A stretch of DNA of 64,000 bases from Thermoproteota archaeon (GCA_027491915.1 JAOZGC010000002.1:192001-256000); one strand, 5' to 3'. Counted from the first letter of the stretch, positions 19,457 to 29,231 are shown. Notes: generated from the sequence alone by a model not told the origin. Numbers and translations are program-made.

Positions 19457-19633
19457 TCAGATCACCCCTCTGGGGCGGGTGATCGAGACGGTCGATTCTT
19501 AAAAGTTTTTACATTTAATCATTAGACGATGGAGGGGCGTCCCTCCATCTCTGTATCGTTAGAACTGGCCCTTTTAGATGAAACTACCTGATCTAATATC
19601 AGATCTAATTCTTATAACCTACGAAAATTGGAT

Positions 19634-20776
19634 CTACGGCGAGACGAGGGTCTTCAACCAGGCCAGCGGCAGCCTCCTCTTTGCCCACCTCCAGAACCCG
19701 GAGAAGCTGATCTTTCCTATGGCATAGTCTGTAAATTTTTCTGCTATTGGCCTGTAAACCATCATTATCTCAAAGAATTTTCGGATTCTAGGGAGAACTA
19801 TCTTTGAGACCTTGAGCCTGACGCCGGCCTCCTCCAGGACCGAGGACATCCCATCGACGTAGGACCGGACAGGATCTCCTCCCCCCCGGCGGCGGAGGAG
19901 GGATCTCGCGGCCACCTCCGCGCTCAGGACCGCGTAGTATATGCCCTCCCCCGTGAACGGATCCGCCAGGCCGGCGGCGTCCCCAACCAGCATGACCCTG
20001 TTCCCGGCCACCACGCGGCGGGCCCCGACCGGTATCACCCCTCCCCTGGCCTCCCACCCGTCCGGCTCTCCCAGCCAGCTCAGGTGGGCCCTCAGGGCCC
20101 GGGCCAGGTCCATCCCGGGGTGAGGGATGCCCCCCACCCCGATGTTCAGACCTCCGTCGAACGGGAAGACCCAGCCGTACCCCCCGTCGACGGCGTCCAT
20201 CTTGAACACGAGGTCGTCCCCCGACCTATCCTGGAGCACCACGTCGAGCGCGAGTATGAGCTCGGAGGTCGTCCAACCCGACCTCAGGCCGGCCAACAAC
20301 CCGGTCTTCCCCGCCGCCCCGTCGGCCCCGACCACGTAGTCCGCCTCCAGGATCCCGCCGTCGAACCTCACCTCCCAGCCTCTGGCGATCCGCCTCATCC
20401 CCCTGAGGGAGGTTCCCTCCAACACGTTGGCTCCCCTACTTTCGGCCTCCCTGGCGAGCCACTCGTCGAATTTCGCCCTGTCCGTGACCGCCACGGCGAA
20501 CGGCCTCCTATCCAGCGTTCCCTCCTTACCCCAGCCGATCAGCCTTATCCTCGATATCTTCTTCACCCTCGGTATGCCCTCGACCCGGAAGCCCAGCTCC
20601 CTCAACAGGTTCCAGGTCTTGAGCGTCAGCCCTCCCCCGCACGGCTTTACCCTAGGGATGCCCTCCCTCTCCAGCACCGTCACCCTGAGGCCGGACTCGG
20701 CCAGAAGCGCGGCCGTCACGGATCCGGCCGGACCGGCCCCCACAACCGCCACGTCGCACCTCAAGGCGCCGCACAC
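19634..20776 (-). CDS. Geranylgeranyl reductase-family FAD oxidoreductase
   Basis: VVGAGPAG, KPCGGG, GADG, GYGWVFP, LVGDAAGLADPFTGEGI. Confidence 0.88.
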   Translation of the reverse strand: MCGALRCDVAVVGAGPAGSVTAALLAESGLRVTVLEREGIPRVKPCGGGLTLKTWNLLRELGFRVEGIPRVKKISRIRLIGWGKEGTLDRRPFAVAVTDRAKFDEWLAREAESRGANVLEGTSLRGMRRIARGWEVRFDGGILEADYVVGADGAAGKTGLLAGLRSGWTTSELILALDVVLQDRSGDDLVFKMDAVDGGYGWVFPFDGGLNIGVGGIPHPGMDLARALRAHLSWLGEPDGWEARGGVIPVGARRVVAGNRVMLVGDAAGLADPFTGEGIYYAVLSAEVAARSLLRRRGGGDPVRSYVDGMSSVLEEAGVRLKVSKIVLPRIRKFFEIMMVYRPIAEKFTDYAIGKISFSGFWRWAKRRLPLAWLKTLVSP

Positions 20777-20846
20777 CGCTCGGTCCTTCCTATATTAGGG
20801 TTGGCCCGCTCATCATCATTAAAAGGGCGGCCGCCCGCGGGACTGG

Positions 20847-22004
20847 ATGCCGACCGCCGTCTTGCCCTTTTTCACGGCAGGCGATCTAGAATCAACCGAG
20901 TTCTCCGACCTGGCGGCCGCGCTGGCTTGGGTCTCCTCGAAGAGGGATAGGGGAGGTGGATTCCTCAGGAGGAGGCCGCCCGAGGAGCTGGATAGGATGG
21001 TCAGGCTGTGTCTCCGACTCGAGCCGCTGAACGTTGGAGAGGGCGGATTGGAGGGATGCGCGCTCTTCGATCCGTCGAACCTCTTTCACCTCAGAATCAA
21101 GATCACCAGCCATCGCCTGATCTCCCCTCCTTCCCTGCAGACCGCGATCCTCACCTCTCCGGACCTCCATACCTTGGCGGCCAGGGCCCGCGCGGCGGCG
21201 GACGCCATATCTACCTCCGCGAGGGAGATGGACTTCCCGGGTCTCGTCCCCGGCCGGGCGGCCGCCGCCGTGTTGAGGGAGGCGAGGGAGGGGGAGTGTC
21301 GCGGGGCGGTTCCCCCTAGATCCGGCGGGGTAGATTCACGCGGGGAGCTTGAGAGGGCTGTCGATCTGGCAAAGAAGTTCGAGCGGGAGCTGCCCAGCAT
21401 CGAGGCGGCGCTGGCCGCCGTCAAGTCAACCATGGAGGCGTGGTCCTCGAGGTTGGCAGACAAGGAGAGGGAACTGATGGAGGGGGGCGATAATTCTGGA
21501 AGCGATCTGCACGACCGTGCGGCGGCCGAGAAAAGTTTGATCTTAGGTTCCCTCGGCAGGCTCAGATCTGTACTGGAATCCGAGGTCTCGAACAGGAGAG
21601 AGCTAATCTTTGCGCTGTCTTGGGACGGGAGCTGTCCTGAGAGGCTCGACTTCCCAGCCTACGTCGCCCTGCTCAGGGGAAGGCGGAGGAGGATCATGTT
21701 CGTACCCCCCCTGGGTCGTGAGAAAGGAGGATTGGGGGAGTCCTTAAAGAGGTTGCTCGGGAGGGCCTCCTACTCCCTGAGGCCGAGAATCCCGACGGCG
21801 GATCTGGTCAACAGGGCTGAGGAGGCCCTGGGCCCCGGGGGATCCATGTGGGAGTGGTTCCGCGATGAGACAGGGAGGTGGGACGAGCTTCCCCTATCAC
21901 CGGACGGCGAGAGGGAGGTGTCAATCTCCCTGGCCAACATGACCCGGGCGGGAATCCTCAACGACAGGGCGGCCTCGGAGACTCTCGAGGTAATCCTGTC
22001 CTGA
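20847..22004 (+). CDS. Hypothetical protein with central coiled coil
   Basis: 385-aa ORF filling the gap, ATG after TTAAAA, no recognised motif. Confidence 0.6.
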   Translation: MPTAVLPFFTAGDLESTEFSDLAAALAWVSSKRDRGGGFLRRRPPEELDRMVRLCLRLEPLNVGEGGLEGCALFDPSNLFHLRIKITSHRLISPPSLQTAILTSPDLHTLAARARAAADAISTSAREMDFPGLVPGRAAAAVLREAREGECRGAVPPRSGGVDSRGELERAVDLAKKFERELPSIEAALAAVKSTMEAWSSRLADKERELMEGGDNSGSDLHDRAAAEKSLILGSLGRLRSVLESEVSNRRELIFALSWDGSCPERLDFPAYVALLRGRRRRIMFVPPLGREKGGLGESLKRLLGRASYSLRPRIPTADLVNRAEEALGPGGSMWEWFRDETGRWDELPLSPDGEREVSISLANMTRAGILNDRAASETLEVILS

Positions 22005-22047
22005 TCCTCAATTTTAATCTCCCTGCAGTCAACTGACGGCGGTCGCT

Positions 22048-22467
22048 ATGAGGGTCGAGGTGGCTTCCGGCGGGGGCTCCTACTTCGTCGGCTTTGGGGA
22101 CTCCGGTCACGGAGTCGTGATGGATTCCTCCAAGGAAGAGGGGGGGACCGACCTGGGCCCCAGACCCATAGAACTCTTCCTCATGGCGGCGGCCGGCTGC
22201 ACGGCCTTCGACGTGGCGCAGATCCTCTCCAAGAGCGGAGCCGAGTTCGACGAGATCCGGGTCATCGCCGATGCCGAGAGGGCGCCTGATCACCCGAGGA
22301 TCTTCGTCTCCGTCAGGTTTCACTACGTGATCGTCGGTGACGTCGACCCGAGTTTGGTGGAGAGGGCCATCTCGCTGTCCCAGCGCAGGTACTGCTCGGC
22401 CAGCGCCATGATCAGAAGGTCCGGCGCGGAAATCTATACCTCCTTCGAGTTGATCGGGAGGAAATGA
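22048..22467 (+). CDS. OsmC-family protein
   Basis: GPRPIELFLMAAAGCTAFDV...SQRRYCSAS. Confidence 0.88.
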   Translation: MRVEVASGGGSYFVGFGDSGHGVVMDSSKEEGGTDLGPRPIELFLMAAAGCTAFDVAQILSKSGAEFDEIRVIADAERAPDHPRIFVSVRFHYVIVGDVDPSLVERAISLSQRRYCSASAMIRRSGAEIYTSFELIGRK

Positions 22468-22468
22468 G

Positions 22469-23944
22469 ATGGCCCACAGGGACCTGAGGGAGTACCTGGC
22501 AGCCTTGGAGGAGAGAGGGCTCCTCAGGAGGGTATCTGTTGAGGTGGATCCAATCCTCGAGGCGGCCGAGATCCTCAGGAGGGTCATGTACTCCAGTGGT
22601 CCGGCAGTCCTCTTTGAGAGGCTGAAGGGCCACCCGGGGTGGAAGCTGGTCGGGAACCTGTTCGGGGGCGACGAATTCTTTGAGGCGGCCTTCGGGGCCA
22701 GGAGGCTGGAGTCGCTGGGCGAGAGGCTGACCGGCCTCCTGGCCTCCCCTCCCCCGTCCGGCCTGCTGGAGAAGGTCAGGGGTCTGACTAAGGTGGCGGG
22801 CCTCGCATCTTACCTACCCAGGCCGACGTCCGGGGGTCCCGTAAAGGAGGTCAGACTGGATCCGAGCGAGGAGGGACTCCTCTCTCTCCCCGCCTTGAAG
22901 ACCTGGCCCGGAGATGCCGGCAGGTTTCTCACCTATCCCCTCGTCTTCACCAGAGATCCGGAGACCGGAATCACCGATGTGGGGGTCTACAGGATGCAAA
23001 TATACGACAACGAGACGGCGGGAATGCACTGGCACATCCACAAGAGGGGGGCGGCGTACTCCGAAGCCGCGCTGAGGATGGGGAGGAGGGAGATAGAGGT
23101 CGCGGTCGTCGTGGGTGCGGATCCCGCCACCGCCCTCGCCGCCGCTGCCCCCGTGCCCCACCCTATCGACAAGCTCCTGTTCGCCGGCCTGATCGCCGGT
23201 CGGGGCATTGAGGTCGTTCGGGCCGACTTGGTTGACCTGTGGGTCCCCGCCCGCGCCGAGCTTGTCCTGGAGGGCCGCGTTTCCCTGGAGGAGACGAGGA
23301 TCGAAGGTCCTTTCGGGGACCACACCGGGTACTACACTCCGCCGGCCCCCTACCCCGTCTTCCACCTCGAGAGGATTACCCGGAGGAGGGACCCGATCTT
23401 CCACGCCACCGTCGTGGGCAGGCCCCCCCTTGAGGACGCGCGCATAGGGAAGGCGATAGAGAGGATTTTCCTCCCCCTCCTGAGGACCCTCCTTCCTGAG
23501 GTGGTGGACATCAACCTCCCCGAGTACGGCCTCTTCCAGGGGGTGGCCGTGGTCTCGATAAGGAAGAGGTACCCGGGCCAGGCCAAGAGGGTAATGATGG
23601 GCCTGTGGGGGTTGGGTCAGTTCTCCCTCACCAAGATGATAGTGGTGGTTGACCAGGACGTTGACGTGCACGACCTGAACGAGGTCTTGTACGCCGTGTC
23701 GACCTGCGTCGATCCGGAGAGGGACGTGCTCATAGTGGAAGGGGCTCCGACCGACGTGCTCGACCACTCCTCTCCGGAAGTCGGGTACGGCAGCAAGCTG
23801 GGCATAGACGCGACCCGAAAGCTCCCAGAAGAGATGGACGGGAGGGAATGGCCCGAGCCAGCGAGGCCGGATCCCGAGACCGTGAGGCTGGTGGACGAGA
23901 GGTGGGGTGAATACGGGCTTGGAGATACGGTGGGACCCGGGTGA
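22469..23944 (+). CDS. ubiD: UbiD-family decarboxylase (menaquinone/futalosine-pathway type)
   Basis: DLREYL, GVYRMQ, MHWHIHKRG, EGPFGDHTGYY, GSKLGIDAT. Adjacent to UbiA. Confidence 0.92.
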   Translation: MAHRDLREYLAALEERGLLRRVSVEVDPILEAAEILRRVMYSSGPAVLFERLKGHPGWKLVGNLFGGDEFFEAAFGARRLESLGERLTGLLASPPPSGLLEKVRGLTKVAGLASYLPRPTSGGPVKEVRLDPSEEGLLSLPALKTWPGDAGRFLTYPLVFTRDPETGITDVGVYRMQIYDNETAGMHWHIHKRGAAYSEAALRMGRREIEVAVVVGADPATALAAAAPVPHPIDKLLFAGLIAGRGIEVVRADLVDLWVPARAELVLEGRVSLEETRIEGPFGDHTGYYTPPAPYPVFHLERITRRRDPIFHATVVGRPPLEDARIGKAIERIFLPLLRTLLPEVVDINLPEYGLFQGVAVVSIRKRYPGQAKRVMMGLWGLGQFSLTKMIVVVDQDVDVHDLNEVLYAVSTCVDPERDVLIVEGAPTDVLDHSSPEVGYGSKLGIDATRKLPEEMDGREWPEPARPDPETVRLVDERWGEYGLGDTVGPG

Positions 23945-24821
23945 GTCTCTTGGCGGGGGGCTGAGGGCCTACCTCAGGTTGATCCGCCTCGAGCACACCC
24001 TGTTCAGCCTCCCCTTCGCCTACGCTGGCGGGGCCCTGGCGGTTGGCAGACTGCCAGCGGCGCGGGAGGTTCTCTGGATGACCCTGGCCGTCTTTGGGCT
24101 CAGGTCCGCGGCCATGGCCTACAACAATCTGGCCGATCTGGACATAGACTCCGCCAATCCCAGGACCAGGGGGAGACCCCTGGTAACCGGCGCGGTGACC
24201 CGGCGGGGGGCCTGGGTCGTGGTGGCCCTGGGGAGCATAGTATACTACCTCTCGTCGGCCGCCCTTAACCTCTACGCCGCAGAGCTCAGCCCGATCCTGT
24301 GGGCCCTGGCCATGAGCTACCCCCACTCCAAGAGGATCCACCCTCTTCCCCACCTCCACCTGGGGCTCGTCCTAGGGGCCGTCGTCATGGGCGGCGCGAT
24401 CGGGTGCTCCGGAGACGAGGTCTCCAACCTCTGGGAGGCGATGTCGTCGGTCCCGTGGGGCTACCTGGCGGCCGTGACCCTCTGGGTGGCCGGGTTCGAT
24501 GTCTTCTACTCCATAATGGACATGGACTTTGATAGGTCCATCGGCCTGAAGAGTCTCCCCGCCCTCTTGGGGGTGAACGGAGCCAGGACGGCATCGTCCC
24601 TCATGCACGCCGCTTCTTCCACCCTTCTGCTAGCATCTCCCCGGTTGTACGGGTTGGGGAGCGCGGCGCTGGCGGCGGGATTGCTGGCGGCCGCCGTGAT
24701 GGCGGCGGAGCAGGCGCTCGTATGGCGCGACCTGGATGAGATACCCCGGGCCTTCAACCTGAACCTTGGGCTCGGGTGGGTGATCTCGCTGGGGATCCTC
24801 TTGGACGTCGCCTGGTGGTAG
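23907..24821 (+). CDS. ubiA: UbiA-family aromatic prenyltransferase
   Basis: RLEHTLFSLPFAY, NNLADLDIDSANPRTRGRP, WVAGFDVFYSIMDMDFD, multiple TM helices. Confidence 0.9.
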   Translation: MNTGLEIRWDPGESLGGGLRAYLRLIRLEHTLFSLPFAYAGGALAVGRLPAAREVLWMTLAVFGLRSAAMAYNNLADLDIDSANPRTRGRPLVTGAVTRRGAWVVVALGSIVYYLSSAALNLYAAELSPILWALAMSYPHSKRIHPLPHLHLGLVLGAVVMGGAIGCSGDEVSNLWEAMSSVPWGYLAAVTLWVAGFDVFYSIMDMDFDRSIGLKSLPALLGVNGARTASSLMHAASSTLLLASPRLYGLGSAALAAGLLAAAVMAAEQALVWRDLDEIPRAFNLNLGLGWVISLGILLDVAWW

Positions 24822-24823
24822 GC

Positions 24824-25588
24824 TTGAGCGGTACGGACGAGGCCCTGAGGATCCTGCGGAAGCTTGGGCTGTCGGGATACGAGTCCAGGGTTTACCTGTC
24901 CCTCTTAGGGGGGGCGTCCACCCCCAGGGAGATATCCGAGATTTCCGGAGTTCCCACGTCCAGGGTCTACGACGTCCTCTCCAGGCTCGCGGAGAAGGGC
25001 TTTGCAGTCAGGGTGTCGAGGTCTTCCTACTCCCCGGTGAGCCCCGCGGCGGCTGCCGCCTCCCTGGCCGCCAGGATAAGGGCCGCCGCCGACGTCCGGG
25101 CCGCGGAGGTGGAGTCGGCCGCCAGGAAGCTGGCTTCAATGCTCGAGCCGACCGAGGTCCCCAGGACAACGCTGGAACTGCTCAGGGGACTGCCCCAGAT
25201 AACGGCGAGGGTCATCTCCATCTCTAAGAGGGTGGATCGGATGTATTTCATCGTGAGGAAGGCCCTAGAGGCCCTCCCAGAGCTGAGACCTATGGTCGGC
25301 TCCATCGGTCGGAGGGGGATCGACATAAGGGTCATAGTCCCCCCGGATCCGGGGCTTTCCGACCGAGAGCTCGCCCTGGCGAGGGAGGCAGACATCGAGG
25401 TGCGGGTGTCCGCCGAGACCCCCTTCGACGCGGCGATCGCCGGGGGGAGGTACTTCCTGCTGGGCATACCAGATCCCGCTTATCCCCTCCCGGACAAGGC
25501 GGTCGCGATACTGATAGACGACGTTCCCTTTGCCTCCACGGTCGAGAGGTACTTCCTCCGACTCTGGGGGGAGTCTCGACCACCGTAG
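24824..25588 (+). CDS. TrmB-family transcriptional regulator
   Basis: LRKLGLSGYESRVYLSLL...EISEISGVPTSRVYDVLSRLAEKGF. TTG start at 24824 inferred. Confidence 0.88.
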   Translation: MSGTDEALRILRKLGLSGYESRVYLSLLGGASTPREISEISGVPTSRVYDVLSRLAEKGFAVRVSRSSYSPVSPAAAAASLAARIRAAADVRAAEVESAARKLASMLEPTEVPRTTLELLRGLPQITARVISISKRVDRMYFIVRKALEALPELRPMVGSIGRRGIDIRVIVPPDPGLSDRELALAREADIEVRVSAETPFDAAIAGGRYFLLGIPDPAYPLPDKAVAILIDDVPFASTVERYFLRLWGESRPP

Positions 25589-25631
25589 CCGGCCAAACTT
25601 TTTTACCACTATTCGGTGGTAATGAGGGCAG

Positions 25632-26600
25632 GTGTGCATGAGCCGCGGGACCGCCGTCCTCCTCTCCCTGATTATGGCCGTCTTCCTGGCCTCATACCTT
25701 CTAATCTCCCCGCCGAGAGAAAAACAGATCAGGATCGGAACGATACTGGGGGGAGTTTCCACCCTGGACGTCATGGCGGGGGAGGGTCCACTGGGGGACT
25801 CCCAGGTGGAGGTGAGGGAGATCCAATTCGAGAAGACCCTGGACCTGGCCCGGGCCCTCTCCACCGGAGAGGTCGACGTCGCGGTCATCCCCATTGAGAT
25901 GGCGGCCAAGCTCAGGCAGGGGGGGGCCGACGTTCTGGTCGTCGCGGTCGACATGTTTCAGAATCAGGCCGTGTTGGTCGGACGGGAGTCCGACATACGC
26001 TCGCCCGGCGATCTCGCCGGTAGGGTCGTCGGGGTTTTCACCCCCACCGGAACCTACGCCATGTTCAGGGCCTACATGAGGGAGATATACGGGATCGATC
26101 CAGAGGAAGACATGATCCTCGTGGACGAACCTCCTCCCTCCCTGATCCAGGCCTTCTCCGACGGAGAACTCGACGCCGTCGTCCTGTGGGAGCCCCTCGT
26201 CTCCAAGGCGCTGGCCTCCGGCGGCAGGATGCTGGTAAACTTCTCGGACCTCTGGTCGGAGTGGGCCGGCGGGGGGAGGCCGGTCATGATAGTCTACGCG
26301 GCCAACGGGAACTTCGTCAGGTCTCACCCGGACCTGCTGGACGAACTCGTGGGACTCAGGATGGAGGCGGCCCGATTTTGGAACTCCCACAGGGAGTCGA
26401 TCCTCGACATGCTGGAGGAAAATTACGGCCTGACGCGGCCCGCGGCGGAGTCGGCTTACGACAGGGTGTCGATATGGGAAGGTCCCCTGACGGACGACGT
26501 GGTGCGGGCCTCCATGAAGGTTCTGAGGCTGGCCTGGTTGGGCGGCTACCTCCGGGAGGATCCGGAGGGTCTGGGAGAGACCTTCTTCTGGAGGGGGTAG
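25632..26600 (+). CDS. ABC transporter substrate-binding protein (SsuA/NMT1/TauA family)
   Basis: N-terminal TM anchor, GEVDVAV, IRSPGDLAGRVVG, GELDAVVLWEP. Confidence 0.85.
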   Translation: MCMSRGTAVLLSLIMAVFLASYLLISPPREKQIRIGTILGGVSTLDVMAGEGPLGDSQVEVREIQFEKTLDLARALSTGEVDVAVIPIEMAAKLRQGGADVLVVAVDMFQNQAVLVGRESDIRSPGDLAGRVVGVFTPTGTYAMFRAYMREIYGIDPEEDMILVDEPPPSLIQAFSDGELDAVVLWEPLVSKALASGGRMLVNFSDLWSEWAGGGRPVMIVYAANGNFVRSHPDLLDELVGLRMEAARFWNSHRESILDMLEENYGLTRPAAESAYDRVSIWEGPLTDDVVRASMKVLRLAWLGGYLREDPEGLGETFFWRG

Positions 26601-27322
26601 GCTGGATCTCGGCAGTCGCCACCCTCCTGCTCGGATGGGAGGTGATCGCCGACGTCACCAGGTCGATCCCCGGCCCCTGGAGGACTGCCCTCTACCTGGC
26701 GAGCGCAGATCCGGCAGTCCTGGCTCGGGCAGCGTTCATCACCCTGAGAAACGCCTTCCTCGGCTTCTCTCTCGCCGTGGCCGCGGCCGCCATCCTGACC
26801 TTCATCTCCCGGCTTAGTCCCCTGGCGGCGCGCTACGTCCTCGCCCTGAACACCATCGTGCAGAGCGTTTCGGTCCTCGTGTGGGCCATAGTGGCCATCA
26901 TGATATTTGGGGTGCTCAGTCCGGTTCCGCCGGTGCTCGTGTCGGCGGCGGCCGTCTTCCCCCCGACCCTCTCCAACTTCTTGGAGGCGCTCAGGGCTGT
27001 GGACCGCAGGCTCATGGACCTGGCCAGGATACTCGGCGCCGGAAGGTTGGACGAGTTCAGGCACATAATAGTGCCAGCCAGCGTTCCATACCTTGCGGCC
27101 GCCACCAGGAGCGGCCTCGGACTGGCCCTGAGGATAAGCGTCGTCGCCGAGGCCTTCGGCGGATCTGGCGGGGTGGGATTCATGATAGTTCGCAGCTACA
27201 ACCTGATGGAACCGGCCGGGGTCCTCGCGTGGGCCTCCCTCCTGGTCGTCATCATGGTCCTCATGGACGGGCTCTTCCTCACGAGGTTGGTCGGGGTGGC
27301 CGAGAGATGGAGATTGCCGTAG
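26588..27322 (+). CDS. ABC transporter permease (SsuC/TauC family); start uncertain
   Basis: EAA loop LMDLARILGAGRLDEFRHIIVP, VVAEAFGGSGGVG, several TM helices. Confidence 0.85.
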   Translation: MEGVGWISAVATLLLGWEVIADVTRSIPGPWRTALYLASADPAVLARAAFITLRNAFLGFSLAVAAAAILTFISRLSPLAARYVLALNTIVQSVSVLVWAIVAIMIFGVLSPVPPVLVSAAAVFPPTLSNFLEALRAVDRRLMDLARILGAGRLDEFRHIIVPASVPYLAAATRSGLGLALRISVVAEAFGGSGGVGFMIVRSYNLMEPAGVLAWASLLVVIMVLMDGLFLTRLVGVAERWRLP

Positions 27323-27984
27323 AGGCGGCCGGCGTCTCCAAATCCTACTCGGGCAAGGAAGTCCTCTACGGGGTGTCCATGACCGTCGGCAGGGGGGAGG
27401 CGGTCGGAGTGGTCGGACCAAACGGGTGCGGAAAGACGACCCTGCTGAGGATACTCGCTGGGCTCGAGAAGCCGGACTCCGGCGAGGTCCGCGTGCTCGG
27501 GAGGGTGGGTATGGTCTTCCAGGAGGACCTACTCCTACCCTGGAAGAGCCTGGCCGACAACATAGGTCTGGGATTGACCTTCCGCCGCGCGCCCTCGGAG
27601 GAGGTCAGAAGGATCGTGCACGCCCTGGCGGAGGACCTCGGGATCTCACAGTACCTTGGCCTCTACCCGCACCAGGTCAGCGGGGGGACCGCCAGGAAAG
27701 CCGCGCTCGCCCGCGCGCTCGCGACCGATCCGGACGTCCTCCTCCTGGACGAGCCCTATGCTGGCCTGGACGCGGACTCCCGGGCCTCCCTCAACCTGAG
27801 CCTCTCCTCCCTCGCGCGGGGGGGGACGACGATGCTGCTGGTCTCGCATCAGCTGGACGAGCTGCTCTGGCTGGTGGACCGAATGTACGTCCTCACCCCC
27901 CCTCCGGCCCGGGTCAGGGCGGAGGTGAGGCTCAGGGGAATGGACTGGGATGAGAGGAAGAGGGCGATCTTGGAGGTCATCTGA
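27307..27984 (+). CDS. ABC transporter ATP-binding protein
   Basis: Walker A GPNGCGKTT, VFQ, signature VSGG, Walker B LLLDEP, H-loop VSH. Confidence 0.92.
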   Translation: MEIAVEAAGVSKSYSGKEVLYGVSMTVGRGEAVGVVGPNGCGKTTLLRILAGLEKPDSGEVRVLGRVGMVFQEDLLLPWKSLADNIGLGLTFRRAPSEEVRRIVHALAEDLGISQYLGLYPHQVSGGTARKAALARALATDPDVLLLDEPYAGLDADSRASLNLSLSSLARGGTTMLLVSHQLDELLWLVDRMYVLTPPPARVRAEVRLRGMDWDERKRAILEVI

Positions 27985-29227
27985 GCGCCCCCCCGACCTC
28001 CCCCGTCGTGGGGGCGCCCAATTCGCGGACGGCCCTGGCGACCTCCCCCGCCACCTCGGCGAGGGCGTACACCCTGAGCACGTCGGGGACCTCGGCGATC
28101 CTCCGGGACATGAGGCCTCCAGGGGCCTCATCCAGCGGGACGAGCTCTCCCCCCGGCAGCTCCACCAGGATCTGCTCCACCTTGGACCTCCTTATTCCCG
28201 GCCTGCCGACAAAGATGAATTCCCTCTCAACTCCTGCCCCGATCGATATTACCCCCGGGAGGTCTTCGATCTCAGAGAACCTCTCATACGCCTCATCCCC
28301 CTCCGTGAGTTCGGCGACGAGCCTCGGAGGGATCCTCTCGAGCAGGCACGTGGCCGTCCTGTCCGACCCGGCCCTCTCCCTCACGATCCGCCAGAAGGCG
28401 TGGTCGTCGAACCTCTCCCACCCACCCGACCTAACGAGGTTGACCAGCGACCTGCCAGCGGGCATCTCCCCCTCTTGGACGGCCTCGCTGTACAGCTTCC
28501 GCGCGAGCAGTTCGAAGGCAACCACCGTCCGGTGATGGTAGACCGCCCTGAACATGAATCTCCTGGCGAGGAGGAAGTGTTCGACCGCGTGCATGGCCCT
28601 GAGACCGACCTTCAGCCTGGGCCTACCGCCCACGTTCGCCGCCGACACGACCCTCAGCAGCCTGTCGACGTCCGGCCTGCCGTACACCGCCCCGGTGTGC
28701 AGGCTGTCCCTGAGGAGGTAATCTATCCTATCGGAGTCCAGGGCCGAGGACACTATCAGCGAGGTTACCCCAGGATTCGGCCCCCAGGCTATCCGCGCCA
28801 CTTCCCTCGGGTCGTACCCGCCGTCGGATAAGATCTCCCCCAAGGAAGTCCCCAGGACCACCTCCCTCCCGAGGTCCTCGTGGGAGATCCCGGCCGCCGC
28901 CTCCAGGGTGTGCGACAGGGGGAGCTGACCGACGTCATGGAGCAGGGCCGCGATGCGGACGAGCTCTATCTCCTCCGGGTCTTCCAACCCCACCACCGTC
29001 CTGGCCATCCTGTCGGCGACGAACATCGTACCGAGGGAGTGAGCGAACCTGGTGTGGGTGGCTCCCGGGTACACCAGGTGCGCCAGCCCCAGCTGAGCCA
29101 CCCGCCTCAGCCTCTGAAACTCCGGGGAGTCTATTATCCTCCTCTCCAGCTCCGTGACCTCTATCGGACCGTGGACGTTGTCGTAGATGTAGACGCGGTC
29201 GCGTCCCTCGCCGGGGAGGGGGGACAT
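27977..29227 (-). CDS. HD-domain phosphohydrolase (SAMHD1/dNTPase-like)
   Basis: DNVHG, FQRLRRVAQLG, YPGATHTRFAHSLG, ALLHDVG, LDSDRIDYLLRD, VYHH. Confidence 0.9.
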   Translation of the reverse strand: MSPLPGEGRDRVYIYDNVHGPIEVTELERRIIDSPEFQRLRRVAQLGLAHLVYPGATHTRFAHSLGTMFVADRMARTVVGLEDPEEIELVRIAALLHDVGQLPLSHTLEAAAGISHEDLGREVVLGTSLGEILSDGGYDPREVARIAWGPNPGVTSLIVSSALDSDRIDYLLRDSLHTGAVYGRPDVDRLLRVVSAANVGGRPRLKVGLRAMHAVEHFLLARRFMFRAVYHHRTVVAFELLARKLYSEAVQEGEMPAGRSLVNLVRSGGWERFDDHAFWRIVRERAGSDRTATCLLERIPPRLVAELTEGDEAYERFSEIEDLPGVISIGAGVEREFIFVGRPGIRRSKVEQILVELPGGELVPLDEAPGGLMSRRIAEVPDVLRVYALAEVAGEVARAVRELGAPTTGEVGGALR

Positions 29228-29231
29228 TCCC

